NCBI GenBank assembly: GCA_964552045.1
Contig: CAZKFF010000003.1
Coordinates: forward strand, 11,880 to 75,879
Reading direction: 5' to 3'
Source of the DNA: an uncultured Candidatus Saccharibacteria bacterium
GTDB lineage: Bacteria; Patescibacteriota; Minisyncoccia; Phycocordibacterales; UBA918
DNA: 64,000 bases
The first letter of the stretch is position 1. Every line of letters starts with the position of its first letter. A model generated the notes under the pieces. That model was given only the letters and a program-made list of their open reading frames with translations, did no database searches and was not told where the DNA came from. Made by a program: the position numbers and the translations under genes. Below are positions 1-10,301 of the stretch, piece after piece.

Positions 1-1007
1 TCGTCTGCTCCGGTGAATGCGGCGAAGAGCTTTATCTTCTCCCCCTCCTGATTCTCAGTAAAGACTATTTTCGGGATGCGCTGCTTGTTGTGCGCGATCA
101 CGTCGTTTGAGGCAGCGATGATGGTCTTTGTCGACCGGTAATTCTCTTCGAGGAAAATGGTCCGCGCGCCGGGAAAGTTCTTTTCAAACTGCAGTACATT
201 TTTTATGTCCGCACCGCGCCACGAATAGATGTTCTGGTCGACATCGCCGACCACGCAGATGTTCTGCTTCTCTCCGGCGAGCAATTTCGCGATCTCGAAC
301 TGTACTTTGTTCGTATCCTGATACTCGTCAATATGAATATAGGTGTACCGCTCACAGAGCACCTCGCGGACAACGGGATAGTTCTGCAGCAGACGGAGCG
401 TACGCAAGAGCAGGTCGTCGAAATCGAGCGCGTGTTCTTCCCGCATGATGCGCTCATACCGCTCCCATGTTTCCGCGGCCACTTTTTGCGGATAGCTTGT
501 TGCAGTCTCCAGGAAATCTGACCGCGAAAGCGCATCGCCTTTTGCGCGTGAGATAACGGAGAGTATCTTGCGCGGTTCAAACTGTTTCGCATCATACCCG
601 GCTTCTTCAATCGCTTTCTTTACTGCGCGGACGCTGTCGCTCCGGTCATAGATGGTGAAGTGCCGATGGAGGTCAAGTGTCTCATGGTGTTCCCGCAGGA
701 TGCGCACTCCGAGCGCATGGAAAGTAGTCACCGTCGGGCGCGAATCGAAATGTCCGAATGCTGTCTGCGGATACTTCTGAATGAGCGCGTAGACGCGTTC
801 GCGCATTTCATTGGCCGCCTTGTTGGTGAAGGTCACCGCGAGGATCTTGTGCGGAGGAACTCCTTTGCGTATGAGTTCAACAATGCGGTGCGTAATGACC
901 CGGGTCTTGCCCGAACCGGCTCCGGCGAGGACCAAAAGCGGCCCTTCAGTGTGCAGTACCGCCTCTTTCTGCGGATCGTTGAGCCCTTCGAGATGATCTG
1001 TACTCAT
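1..1007 (-). CDS. pcrA: UvrD/PcrA/Rep family ATP-dependent DNA helicase (5' part; runs off the window)
   Basis: Manual translation from the ATG at 1007: MSTDHLEGLNDPQKEAVLHTEGPLLVLAGAGSGKTRVITHRI (Q motif + Walker A of SF1 helicases). Not in the ORF track because it is open-ended. Confidence 0.92.
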   Translation of the reverse strand, partial: MSTDHLEGLNDPQKEAVLHTEGPLLVLAGAGSGKTRVITHRIVELIRKGVPPHKILAVTFTNKAANEMRERVYALIQKYPQTAFGHFDSRPTVTTFHALGVRILREHHETLDLHRHFTIYDRSDSVRAVKKAIEEAGYDAKQFEPRKILSVISRAKGDALSRSDFLETATSYPQKVAAETWERYERIMREEHALDFDDLLLRTLRLLQNYPVVREVLCERYTYIHIDEYQDTNKVQFEIAKLLAGEKQNICVVGDVDQNIYSWRGADIKNVLQFEKNFPGARTIFLEENYRSTKTIIAASNDVIAHNKQRIPKIVFTENQEGEKIKLFAAFTGAD

Positions 1008-1194
1008 AGTGTTAGGAAGCATGCTACCGTATACACATATATATGTATAGGTATAACCTACTGCGAGCTCTGCCATAGAAAATGCGTCTTTTTACACAGT
1101 AATCTTCGTCCGATGTCAAGAGTTTAAAAATGCTGAAATAGAGGCCTGTAAATGAAGTTCACATGAAGGAAATGGGAAAAGTGCATTATGTCAA

Positions 1195-2463
1195 TTGACC
1201 CTCTTTTCCGCTTTAGTATCATTACTCCCATACCGTAGTGGTATCACAAGAGCGTTGACGCTCTTTTTGTTTGGAGCATTACTGTTCACGGAAGCAAAAC
1301 GGCGGCGAGTCCATAACGTCACAATTATTTTAAGCAGTACACCAGATTCTGATTCTTCTAAACGCAGCGTACAAGAACGCAAGGATCAGAAGCCATATTC
1401 AGGAAAGCATCTGCCTCACACGGCAACTTTCTTCCTCTACGAGCTTGTTCCGGCAGCTCTGCTTCTTTTGTTACCGCTTTCGGTGCATGCCGGATTTCTT
1501 TCAAAAATGATGGGTATCTTCTCTGAAGAAGTGGTTGCACAGGTTGCTTCCGAAGAGGTTGACCACTCACCGTCAAACACGCCGCTTTTAAGCGCCACAA
1601 CGAATCCAGATCCACTGCGGGCAGTGGGTGGCGGCGAAGTGTACTATGAGGACGGCGTGCTCATCTCAACGGGGCCGGTCGGAGCTGATGAGCAGGCAGC
1701 GTCATCCAAAAACAAAGGCGAGATCAGTATCTATACAGTAGGAGATGGAGGAGAATCTCTCTCCTACATAGCGCAGATGTACGGGGTGAGCGTGAACACC
1801 ATTGTGTGGGCCAATAATCTTGAAAGCGACACCGATATTCACCCAGGAGATACGCTCGTGATATTGCCTATTGCCGGTGTCCAGCACACAGTTAAAAAAG
1901 GTGAATCATTGGAGTCTATCGTCAAGAAATACAACACCGATCTTGATGAAGAAAAATTCAATGATTACATTAATGAGGTGATTGAGTATAACAATCTTGC
2001 CTCAGCAGACGACATTGTTGAAGGCGATGAATTGATCATTCCAGGTGGAGAACTGCATACTTCTAAAAAAGTGGTTTCAGGAGCAAAACCAACAAAGACC
2101 TCAGGTTCTGTCTCCTCAGGTTCAGGTTTCATACGCCCGGTACCGTCCTATGCACAGAGAACCCAGGGTATCCATGGATATAACGGTGTGGACTTGGCAG
2201 CTGCCATCGGTACCCCGATCTATGCAGCAGCCGGAGGAGAGGTCATCGTTGCGAAAAGTTCGGGCTGGAACGGAGGATATGGTAATTATATTGTCATCAG
2301 ACACAAGAATACGCAGACACTGTACGCTCACCTGAGCAAGTTGTATGTTGGTGTCGGCGACGTGGTTGCTGCCGGCGACAATATCGGCGCGATGGGATCA
2401 ACGGGTAAGTCAACGGGTTCACACTTGCACTTTGAGGTGCGCGGAGGAACCAATCCGTTCTAG
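1195..2463 (+). CDS. LysM-domain M23 family metallopeptidase (true start probably downstream of 1195)
   Basis: Two LysM repeats (YTVGDGGESLSYIAQMYGVS, HTVKKGESLESIVKKY). M23 motifs YNGVDLAA, YAHL, STGSHLHFEVR. Confidence 0.9.
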   Translation: MTLFSALVSLLPYRSGITRALTLFLFGALLFTEAKRRRVHNVTIILSSTPDSDSSKRSVQERKDQKPYSGKHLPHTATFFLYELVPAALLLLLPLSVHAGFLSKMMGIFSEEVVAQVASEEVDHSPSNTPLLSATTNPDPLRAVGGGEVYYEDGVLISTGPVGADEQAASSKNKGEISIYTVGDGGESLSYIAQMYGVSVNTIVWANNLESDTDIHPGDTLVILPIAGVQHTVKKGESLESIVKKYNTDLDEEKFNDYINEVIEYNNLASADDIVEGDELIIPGGELHTSKKVVSGAKPTKTSGSVSSGSGFIRPVPSYAQRTQGIHGYNGVDLAAAIGTPIYAAAGGEVIVAKSSGWNGGYGNYIVIRHKNTQTLYAHLSKLYVGVGDVVAAGDNIGAMGSTGKSTGSHLHFEVRGGTNPF

Positions 2464-2554
2464 GATTTGTAAAGGTTGGCTAGTATTTTGAGAGCAAAGC
2501 GAAACAAAATACTGACAACCTGTACAGAACGTGTAGGGTTCAAATCCATTCTAA
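2463..2554 (+). repeat. Structured 3'-end element, copy 1 (tRNA T-arm-like termini)
   Basis: ggatttg...caaatcc terminal stem. Core aaaggttg-tattttg-loop-caaaat-gacaacctgtac aligns by eye with 31517-31602. Confidence 0.75.
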
Positions 2555-2559
2555 GAATA

Positions 2560-2599
2560 AGCAAAAAGGCCGGAAGCGAAGCTTCCGGCCTTTTTGCTT
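2560..2599. terminator. Bidirectional intrinsic terminator
   Basis: agcaaaaaggccggaagc-gaa-gcttccggcctttttgct between convergent genes. Confidence 0.8.
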
Positions 2600-2606
2600 T
2601 TCCTCG

Positions 2607-2996
2607 CTATTCCATTCCGTGAAGTTTGCTCGCGCCACTTTGGACCATAGCCAAATACGTAGCAAAAGACTCGTTCGGTTCTTTCAGCCTGTCACCGATG
2701 AGGTTGAGTGTGAGCGCTTCAACATGCCCGAGGTCGCCGCTCTCCAGATTCTGCGAAGTCAGAAATCTCCTTATGGAGCGCAGGGTCTCTATATATTCCT
2801 GGTCCAGTTCCGCTCCCTCCTGTGTCATTTGTGCGGCAATATCTCCGTCTGTCAAATACTCCGCAACAGATCGGATGTTTTCGGCAAAGGCACTTTCGGG
2901 ATTCTGTTCATACATGTCCTCGAAGGTCTCTCTGCCAATATGGAGCGCACGTTCTTTGTTGCCTCCCAGATTTTCAAACATATATCTTCTATGCAA
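2607..2996 (-). CDS. Hypothetical protein
   Basis: 129 aa ORF filling the gap between the terminator and comM; no recognisable motif. Confidence 0.6.
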   Translation of the reverse strand: MHRRYMFENLGGNKERALHIGRETFEDMYEQNPESAFAENIRSVAEYLTDGDIAAQMTQEGAELDQEYIETLRSIRRFLTSQNLESGDLGHVEALTLNLIGDRLKEPNESFATYLAMVQSGASKLHGME

Positions 2997-3045
2997 TTAA
3001 GTGAACAATATCTCCATTATAGCATCCAGTTCCGGGTCCAAAGTA

Positions 3046-4563
3046 CTACACCTTCACACGATACTGGAGCGCTTCAAATATGTGCTCGGGCGTTATGCGC
3101 TCCGCTTCATCCAGATCGGCTATGGTGCGCGCCACTTTGATGACCCGATGGTAGCTTCGGGGAGAAAGGTTGAGCTTCTGTGCGCTTGTCTTTAGAATGT
3201 CCTGCACCTCAGAGGAAAGTACGATGGTCTCCTCTATGTCGCGCGAAGACATTTCGGCATTGCTCGAAACGCCTCTCCTGTGCAGCCGCTCCCCCTGTAT
3301 CTGTCGAGCACGTTCTATCTGCGCTCGCGCTCGCGCAGTCTCTCCCTCCTTGGTCTGCATGCCGGTCAGCGTCTCGTAGGGTACATGCGGGACTTCAAGC
3401 CAGAGATCAATGCGGTCAAGTATCGGTCCGGATATTTTGTGCTTATACGTTTCAGTCATGGCAGCGGCGAAGTCCATGGTCCCATCCTCGCTTCCCCGGT
3501 ACGGGTTCATGGCAGCAAGCAGGATGAAGTCAGCCGGGAACAGCGCTGTTCCCTGGACCCGAGATATGGAGACCACTCGATCCTCGAGCGGCTGGCGCAG
3601 CGCATCAATGCTCCTGCGTTCGAATTCAGGAAACTCATCCAGAAAAAGCACGCCCTTATGCGCAAGGGTCACCTCTCCCGGTTTCGGATGGGTGCCGCCG
3701 CCCACCAACGAGGTATGACTTGCCGTGTGGTGCGGCGCACGAAAAGGAGGACACGACGAAACATCATTGGACAGTGCTCCGGCAACCGAGTGGATGCTGG
3801 TTACCTCAAGCGCATCTTCTCTGCTCAACGGCGGAAGCATGCCCTGAAACGCGCGCGCGAGCATGGTCTTCCCTGTTCCGGGAGGCCCTACCATGATCAC
3901 GTTGTGTCGTCCCGCTGCAGCGATGATGAGACCGCGTTTTGCGCTCTCCTGACCTTTTATGTCCTCAAGCCGCACACTGCTGTCCTTCCATGTGTGCGTT
4001 ATGTGGGTCATTGCCTCTTCAGAGAGCCGGGCATGGTCCGGCCGCTTCTGATCAATGTGCGCAATGATCTCCCGCAGATGCGAAGCTCCGTATACAGCAA
4101 TACCCTCGACAAGGGCTGCTTCCTTCGCGTTGGATTGTGGCACGATCACTTCAGCGAAGCCCTCTTTTTTTGCAGCGAGCACAACAGGAAGCACCCCGTT
4201 GACGCTGCGCACGCTGCCGTCGAGCCCCAGTTCGCCGACGAACATACGCTTTATTCCGTCTGGCACAGCTTCTTCCGCAGCATAGAGGTAGGCAATGGCC
4301 ATTGGCAGATCGAACAAAGGCCCCTCCTTCTTTAAGTCTGCCGGCGAAAGCGAGATGACGATCTTATGGTTCTTGCTCTTGGGAGACGGCAAACCGGAGT
4401 TTTTTATGGCGGCACTGACCCGATCCTTTGCCTCCTCGACCGCTTTGCCCGGCAGTCCGACGATCGTAAACGAATGCAGACCCCGCGAGAGGTCTGCTTC
4501 AATAACAACCGGTATGCCGCCCTGTACAGTTGGTTGAGCTGTGAAGACCGATGCAACTGACAT
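3046..4563 (-). CDS. comM: YifB/ComM Mg-chelatase-like AAA+ ATPase
   Basis: N-terminal IVGLPGKAVEEAKDRV, GPPGTGKT Walker A, PFRAPHHTAS, GVLFLDEFPEF, LRQPLE, ARTIADL. Confidence 0.95.
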   Translation of the reverse strand: MSVASVFTAQPTVQGGIPVVIEADLSRGLHSFTIVGLPGKAVEEAKDRVSAAIKNSGLPSPKSKNHKIVISLSPADLKKEGPLFDLPMAIAYLYAAEEAVPDGIKRMFVGELGLDGSVRSVNGVLPVVLAAKKEGFAEVIVPQSNAKEAALVEGIAVYGASHLREIIAHIDQKRPDHARLSEEAMTHITHTWKDSSVRLEDIKGQESAKRGLIIAAAGRHNVIMVGPPGTGKTMLARAFQGMLPPLSREDALEVTSIHSVAGALSNDVSSCPPFRAPHHTASHTSLVGGGTHPKPGEVTLAHKGVLFLDEFPEFERRSIDALRQPLEDRVVSISRVQGTALFPADFILLAAMNPYRGSEDGTMDFAAAMTETYKHKISGPILDRIDLWLEVPHVPYETLTGMQTKEGETARARAQIERARQIQGERLHRRGVSSNAEMSSRDIEETIVLSSEVQDILKTSAQKLNLSPRSYHRVIKVARTIADLDEAERITPEHIFEALQYRVKV

Positions 4564-4574
4564 GGGACTGCGGA

Positions 4575-4952
4575 TTATGCAGGGAGGTCCTGCTCGTCGT
4601 TCATATGCGTTTTGCAGGTGCGCGCTGCAGGGTTTGCTTCAAGTCGGTCTTCCTCCAGTTCAGCGCCGCATATCTCGCAGGTGCCGAATGTGCCGTCCTT
4701 TATTTTCTGCAGTGCGCGATTGATGCCGTTGTAGCGCGTTTCAAGCGTGCCGAGTGTTGCGGTCCTTTCAAGCCACTGCTCTGCACGGTCAGCTCCCACA
4801 TTCGGATCAGCCTCCTGAACCTCGACACCTTCCGGGGTCGCTATCCAGTCCTCCTTGGCTTGCGGATTATGGATGCCGAGTTCCTTAAGGTCTTCAGTTA
4901 TTGCGCCGAGTTCCTGCTCAAGGCGGTCTTTGTATGCTGCTGTATCAATCAT
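4575..4952 (-). CDS. TraR/DksA-type zinc-finger protein
   Basis: ALQKIKDGTFGTCEICG...EEDRLEANPAARTCKTH. Confidence 0.85.
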   Translation of the reverse strand: MIDTAAYKDRLEQELGAITEDLKELGIHNPQAKEDWIATPEGVEVQEADPNVGADRAEQWLERTATLGTLETRYNGINRALQKIKDGTFGTCEICGAELEEDRLEANPAARTCKTHMNDEQDLPA

Positions 4953-4973
4953 ATGACCCTAGTATACACGATT

Positions 4974-6650
4974 TCAGCGTATAAGCGGCAGGAGTTCCTC
5001 AAGGGATTCGCGGGTGGTGGTAATGAGGATGGTGTTCTGGTCTACAAATGTGTAGATGATGCGGTCATCGCCCTTTTCATCAAGCAGCAGGCGCACATTC
5101 CTGTTGCTCGCGATCGTGTCCTTGAAGAACGCCTCGCGTACCTGGGTTGCTGTTCGCGCTGAAGGATCGAAGGTCTCCACCACCGGTTCACCGAACAATG
5201 GAGCGAGGTCTGCACTCATGGTCTTCTCCCATGCCAGCATGCCGGCGAAGGCAGTGTCGAATGTGGCAGTGTGCAGAACCATGAAAGGCGCCGTACGGCT
5301 TGATGCTCCAAAAACTATTTCGCGTATTGACCGGGTGAATGACCCCGGAGCCTGGAATGCGAGTTTTTGCAGTATATCGGAAGCAGGAGCTGGCTGCACG
5401 CCGTCTTCGTTTTCAATGGTCGGATAGATCTGCAGCGCGCCTGGCGCGTTCTGTATGAGCTGTTGCATATCCGCAAGCAGCAGACTGTGTTCCTGAAGTG
5501 TCACAGGCTGCTGGTCTGGCACGGTGATGAGTGATGGGATCGTGTACACTACCGCGATCTGCTGCGGCGCATCTTTCAGTACGAAAAAATAATAACTTGC
5601 CCCGATGCCGAGCGCTGAAGCGAGCACTACAACGCCGAGAAATGCAAGACCCAAATGCCGGGGTATAGCTTGGGGCATGGCGTATGTCCGCGCGGCAGCT
5701 GCCGGGCTGTGCACTTCCGGTTCGGGTACAGGTATATCGACTGTTGCAGGTTCGGGCGTTGTGTACTCAGCTTCCGCAGGCCCGCCTGTTTCATCGGCAG
5801 TTGGCTCGGCGCGTTCAAGTACCTCCGGTTCAATCGGGGCTTCCGACACGGGCATCTCCGGTTCTGTTTGGGCTTGTGGAACGACAGGCAGAGGTTCGTC
5901 CGGCGCATGCATCGGTCTCGCAGCAGCTCCTGTGTCCGACACAGGAATCTCCGCAGACTGCTGTCTATTTTCTTCTTCAAGGTATGTCCATGTGGGTTCT
6001 TTGACCTCGGCTTTTTTTTTGAATGTAAGGGCAGAGGTCGTGACCGTACGCTTCTTTCCTCTCATCCGCTCTGCAATCTCTTCAAAATCTTCCTTCGGAG
6101 CCTGTGCTCCGTGCTTCACCGCTTCCTCGATGACTTCTTTTCGCGCCTCTGCCTTTGTCACAGCATGATGGGGATGGCGGAATGTATCATAGGCTTTTTT
6201 CTGGTCATCCACCCACTGTGCGGCCGCTTCTGCCATTGCGGGGAAAAGACGGAACCGTTTGCGCTTTGTATCCCTGATGATTGATCCGCCCTGCTGCGGA
6301 TTGACCTCGAATGGATCATCCTTTTCGCTCAAAAGCGATTCTTTTTCGGGTTCAAGCGATTGCAGTTCCTCTGCGATGTCTAGATGCTTCGCAGAGATGT
6401 GCGAAGCTGGCGTTGGTTGCTCATGCGGTTTCTTGGGAATCGAAGTAGAAGATTTTTGTTTTGTGCGGGAAGGGATGGATGTCCGCGGCTGCTCTGCGAC
6501 AGCCGCAATCGTGCGCTGCGGTTTCGGCGGCTCTGGTTTTTCGGAAGCCGGCCCGGGCTGGTGGATCTGCGAATCACGCGAGCGCGCCAACGCAGCATCG
6601 AGCGCAAATGTTCGAATGTTTTGTATGTCCTTAGAGCCGCCTCGCGCCAT
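4974..6650 (-). CDS. Hypothetical membrane-anchored protein (long Pro/Glu-rich N-region, single TM, C-terminal globular domain)
   Basis: 558 aa ORF with TM segment LGLAFLGVVVLASALGIGASYYFFV. Confidence 0.75.
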   Translation of the reverse strand: MARGGSKDIQNIRTFALDAALARSRDSQIHQPGPASEKPEPPKPQRTIAAVAEQPRTSIPSRTKQKSSTSIPKKPHEQPTPASHISAKHLDIAEELQSLEPEKESLLSEKDDPFEVNPQQGGSIIRDTKRKRFRLFPAMAEAAAQWVDDQKKAYDTFRHPHHAVTKAEARKEVIEEAVKHGAQAPKEDFEEIAERMRGKKRTVTTSALTFKKKAEVKEPTWTYLEEENRQQSAEIPVSDTGAAARPMHAPDEPLPVVPQAQTEPEMPVSEAPIEPEVLERAEPTADETGGPAEAEYTTPEPATVDIPVPEPEVHSPAAAARTYAMPQAIPRHLGLAFLGVVVLASALGIGASYYFFVLKDAPQQIAVVYTIPSLITVPDQQPVTLQEHSLLLADMQQLIQNAPGALQIYPTIENEDGVQPAPASDILQKLAFQAPGSFTRSIREIVFGASSRTAPFMVLHTATFDTAFAGMLAWEKTMSADLAPLFGEPVVETFDPSARTATQVREAFFKDTIASNRNVRLLLDEKGDDRIIYTFVDQNTILITTTRESLEELLPLIR

Positions 6651-6734
6651 TGGTACTAGTATCGCATGTTTGCGGATACTTTGAAGTTCACACTATGAAA
6701 AACGCAGCACTGTATGCTGCGTGTGTGCACTGTG

Positions 6735-8870
6735 CTATTCCTTCTTGGGCGGATGTGCGGGAGGTCGCAACCCTTTCCGCGCCGCGAAATCAGGGTCTGC
6801 CTGTTTTATCGAGAGGCCGATCTTTCCATTTTCGATCTTAGAGATCACCGCAGGGACCGTCTCGCCTTCGTGGAAGACACCCGCAAGCGATTCCAGCCGC
6901 CACGGTGCTATTTCAGAAATATGGATGAGACCCTCATTGAGGTCGTCGATCTTTGCGAAAGCGCCGAAGTCGGCAATGCGTGTTATGGTTGCGGTTACCC
7001 GTTCACCGAGCGTATACACTTTCGTCAGTGCGGCGATCCGCGCAGCTGCTTTCTCTGCGCTGCCGTCTTTGCCGGTGATGAATACAGTACCGTCGTCTTC
7101 AATGGTGATCTCTTCTACGCCAGTATCATCCTTGATGCCGTTTATGGTCTTGCCGCCGCCGCCGATGACCAACCCGATCTGCTCAGGCAGGATCTTCAGC
7201 GTGATGATCTTCGGTGCACGCGGAGAGATGTCCGGACGGGGCGAGGCTATGGCTTCCTGCATGACCTGCAGAATCTGCAGCCGAGCAGCTTTTGCCTTCT
7301 GCAGCGCCTCACTCAGCACGGGAACCGGCACTCCGTCCACCTTCACATCCATCTGGATCGCGGTCACTCCCTGGGTGGTGCCGGCAACCTTGAAATCCAT
7401 ATCGCCGTGCTCGTCCTCAGGGCCCTGTATGTCAGTAAGGAGGACATACGCATCCTTACTCATCATGAGGCCCGATGCGATGCCGGCAACCGGCCGCTTG
7501 ATAGGAACTCCTCCATCCATGAGTGCCAAAGACGAGGCGCAGACCGACCCCATTGAGCTTGAGCCGTTGGAGGACATTGTCTCGGAGACGAGCCGTATGG
7601 TGTACGGGAATTCCTCCTGTGCGGGAATAACCGGCAGCAGCGCCTTTTCAGCGAGCGCACCGTGCCCCACCATACGCCGGTTGAATCCGCCCACACGCCC
7701 TGATTCTCCAACTGAGAACGGCGGGAAATTGTAGTGGTGCATGTATCGCTTTTTTGAACTCTGCTCGATGCTGTCGATAAGCTGTGCGGCTTCAGGACCG
7801 CCGAGGGTCAGCGCTGTGAAAATATGGGTCGCGCCGCGGTAGAATATGCCCGTCCCATGCAAGACCGGCGAGATCCCGCCTGCTTGAGCATACAGCGTAC
7901 GCAGCTCGTCGAGACCTCTGCCGTCGGCGCGCTTCTTCTCCTCAATGACGCCGCGATGGAGCTCTTTGTCCACCTCGTGCTCGAAGTAAGCATCCGCACG
8001 AGCCCCATCTACTTCCGGCAGCTCAAGCGCCTGCGCGATAAAGATATCCTTCAGTTCGTGTATATGGTCCTTTCCTGAGCGGCCGGAAAAAAGCGTCTGG
8101 CTGAGCTGCGCTTTGAACTGGCGTTCGAAGAGGTCAGAGAGTGCCTCGGGCGTTTCCGGAAGCACCAATGCACGCTTGTGCTTGCCTATGTCTGTGACGA
8201 TCTGCTTTTGGAACGCCTCCAGTTTCTGGTGGACCTGTACGCTCGCTTCAAGCACCGCCACGATATCGTCTTCGGGCACTTCATTCGCCGCGGTTTCGAT
8301 CATGTTGATCGCGCCGTTTTTGCCGCAGGCAAGCACTTCAAAAGAAAGATTCCCTGCCGCCCGGTCTGTGTATGAGGGGTTGATGATGATCTCGCCGGTA
8401 TCCTTCTTCCTCCCGATGCGCACAGCTCCTACCGGCCCGTCCCATGGAATGTCCGATACGCACAGCGCAAGTGAGGCACCGATCACGCCGAGTACATCCG
8501 GATCGTCTTCTCCCATGGCGAGCACGGTTGCGATGACCTGTATGTCGTTGCGTATCTGATGGTTGAACAACGGGCGGATCGTACGGTCAATAATGCGCGC
8601 TGAGAGCACCGCCTCGTCCGTCGGCTTTCCCTCGCGCCGCACGAAGCGGCTTCCAAGGATCTGCCCTGCGGCGTAAAACTTCTCCTCGAACTCAACCGAT
8701 AACGGAAAATATGACGAGTTTCCTGCATGTCTGTTCATAACTGCGGTCACAAGGATCACCGTTTCGCCCAATCGGAGTAGAACCGAACCGCTTGCCTGCT
8801 CGGTAAGATCGGAGAATTCCGCTACTAATTTCTTCCCTCCGAGCTCCATCTCATACGTCTTCTTCTGCAT
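6735..8870 (-). CDS. pnp: Polyribonucleotide nucleotidyltransferase (PNPase)
   Basis: FPLSVEFEEKFYAAG, RREGKP, SNGSSSMGSVC, GDMDFKVAGT, followed by KH and S1 domains. Confidence 0.98.
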   Translation of the reverse strand: MQKKTYEMELGGKKLVAEFSDLTEQASGSVLLRLGETVILVTAVMNRHAGNSSYFPLSVEFEEKFYAAGQILGSRFVRREGKPTDEAVLSARIIDRTIRPLFNHQIRNDIQVIATVLAMGEDDPDVLGVIGASLALCVSDIPWDGPVGAVRIGRKKDTGEIIINPSYTDRAAGNLSFEVLACGKNGAINMIETAANEVPEDDIVAVLEASVQVHQKLEAFQKQIVTDIGKHKRALVLPETPEALSDLFERQFKAQLSQTLFSGRSGKDHIHELKDIFIAQALELPEVDGARADAYFEHEVDKELHRGVIEEKKRADGRGLDELRTLYAQAGGISPVLHGTGIFYRGATHIFTALTLGGPEAAQLIDSIEQSSKKRYMHHYNFPPFSVGESGRVGGFNRRMVGHGALAEKALLPVIPAQEEFPYTIRLVSETMSSNGSSSMGSVCASSLALMDGGVPIKRPVAGIASGLMMSKDAYVLLTDIQGPEDEHGDMDFKVAGTTQGVTAIQMDVKVDGVPVPVLSEALQKAKAARLQILQVMQEAIASPRPDISPRAPKIITLKILPEQIGLVIGGGGKTINGIKDDTGVEEITIEDDGTVFITGKDGSAEKAAARIAALTKVYTLGERVTATITRIADFGAFAKIDDLNEGLIHISEIAPWRLESLAGVFHEGETVPAVISKIENGKIGLSIKQADPDFAARKGLRPPAHPPKKE

Positions 8871-8912
8871 AATATATCTCGATTGGAGATCTGCAGGCTT
8901 CAGATTCCAGAG

Positions 8913-9077
8913 GAACGTTATTCCGCTGCAAACCTACCTGCCTGAAGACCTCGTCTGGTAATACAGAGAAGTGTAACAAACGGCAGTCCTCCACAAAAGG
9001 GTGGTTTGACTCGAATGGGCAGTTGTGTCATTCTTCTCGCCGATAAATGCTCTTCAGGAGAGGGCTCAGCAACGCTC
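8913..9077 (-). ncRNA. Candidate rod-shaped RNA (6S-like RNA or pnp leader hairpin)
   Basis: Nested stems gagcgtt/aacgttc, cctgaaga/tcttcagg, gagaag/cttctc and ccac/gtgg with a central bubble; G-U pairs favour the minus strand. Confidence 0.55.
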
Positions 9078-9130
9078 ACGGTGCATACAACCGTACACAA
9101 AAAGGCGCTCAGAGTCCTGAGCGCCTCGTA

Positions 9131-9736
9131 TTATTCCATATCGTCGGTGTCTGTTCCCACCACTTTGCGTATCTGCTTTTTCAATGGCGACGATTTTTGA
9201 CTGGTTCGTTTACGGCTATTGCTTCGGGGACGATATCCGATCAGGAATTCCTGGGGATGTTCGTCCATATCAATGAAATCATCGACTTTCTCTTTGAATT
9301 TCGCTGACGCTGAACGGCCGAAGGTGATACCCTCCACCTGGCAGCCCTGCGACTTCAAATACTCGACCAGTGGCAGGAAATCCCCGTCACCGGTAACGAG
9401 AACGATTGCGTCCACTTTTGCGGACAGCTTGATCGCATCCACAGCGAGTCCCACGTCCCAGTCCGCTTTTTTCGCTCCGCCATAGAAGATCTGCAGATCT
9501 TTGGTCTTGATCTCGATGCCGATCTTTTCCATCGCTTCAAAGAACGGAAGTTCCTCTCCGCTTTCGGTATTGACCACATAGGAGAGCGCACGGATGAGTT
9601 TGCGTCCGCCGAGCGCCGTTTTCAGCACTCCCGCAAAATTGACTTTGCATTTGTAAAGATTCTTCGCGCTGTGATACAGGTTCTGTGTATCAATGAGCAC
9701 GGCTACCCGCTGATCCGGGTGTTTAACTACTGACAT
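9131..9736 (-). CDS. NYN/LabA-DUF88 PIN-like domain protein
   Basis: VLIDTQNLY, KKADWDVGLAVD, LVTGDGDFLPLVE. Confidence 0.92.
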   Translation of the reverse strand: MSVVKHPDQRVAVLIDTQNLYHSAKNLYKCKVNFAGVLKTALGGRKLIRALSYVVNTESGEELPFFEAMEKIGIEIKTKDLQIFYGGAKKADWDVGLAVDAIKLSAKVDAIVLVTGDGDFLPLVEYLKSQGCQVEGITFGRSASAKFKEKVDDFIDMDEHPQEFLIGYRPRSNSRKRTSQKSSPLKKQIRKVVGTDTDDME

Positions 9737-9851
9737 AAAAATATGATGTAAATATTAAAAATATAAAGTTTCTACGTATGAAATGCGTACACCCCCTTCC
9801 AGTATACCGCGATACCAAAACATGCTCCAACGGAGCATGTTACGTGAATGG

Positions 9852-10118
9852 TTATTTCTTGAGTCCAAGCTTTTTGACAAGATTCTCGTATCCCTTCTCA
9901 TCCTTGCGGGCGAGATACTTCAGGTGCTTTCGGCGATCTGCCACCATCTGGAGCAATCCGCGTCGGGAATGAAAATCTTTCTTGTGCTTCTTAAGGTGCT
10001 TCGCGAGCTCATCAATCTGGCGAGTGAGCAGCGAAACCTGTGCTTCAGGAGATCCGGTATCGGTATCGTGACGCTTGGTATCCTTAATAGCGTTCGCTTT
10101 TTTCTGTTTGCTTAACAT
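9852..10118 (-). CDS. rpsO: 30S ribosomal protein S15
   Basis: DTGSPEAQVSLLT...HKKDFHSRRGLLQMVADRRKHLKYL; start reassigned to MLSKQKK. Confidence 0.97.
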   Translation of the reverse strand: MLSKQKKANAIKDTKRHDTDTGSPEAQVSLLTRQIDELAKHLKKHKKDFHSRRGLLQMVADRRKHLKYLARKDEKGYENLVKKLGLKK

Positions 10119-10301
10119 GCTGCAAGTCTTTAATGATGCGCTGTCTTTGTGTAGATGGCACAAAACAGTGCGGATTAACCTGCGAAGGTTCATAACACTA
10201 TAGCACAAAAAAATAAATTTGCAAGGTTATGTCTACTTTTTTTACTTTTGTCAAAAAGCATCGCAAATGTGCCAGGATGCGTGCGTTATACTTATATATG
10301 T

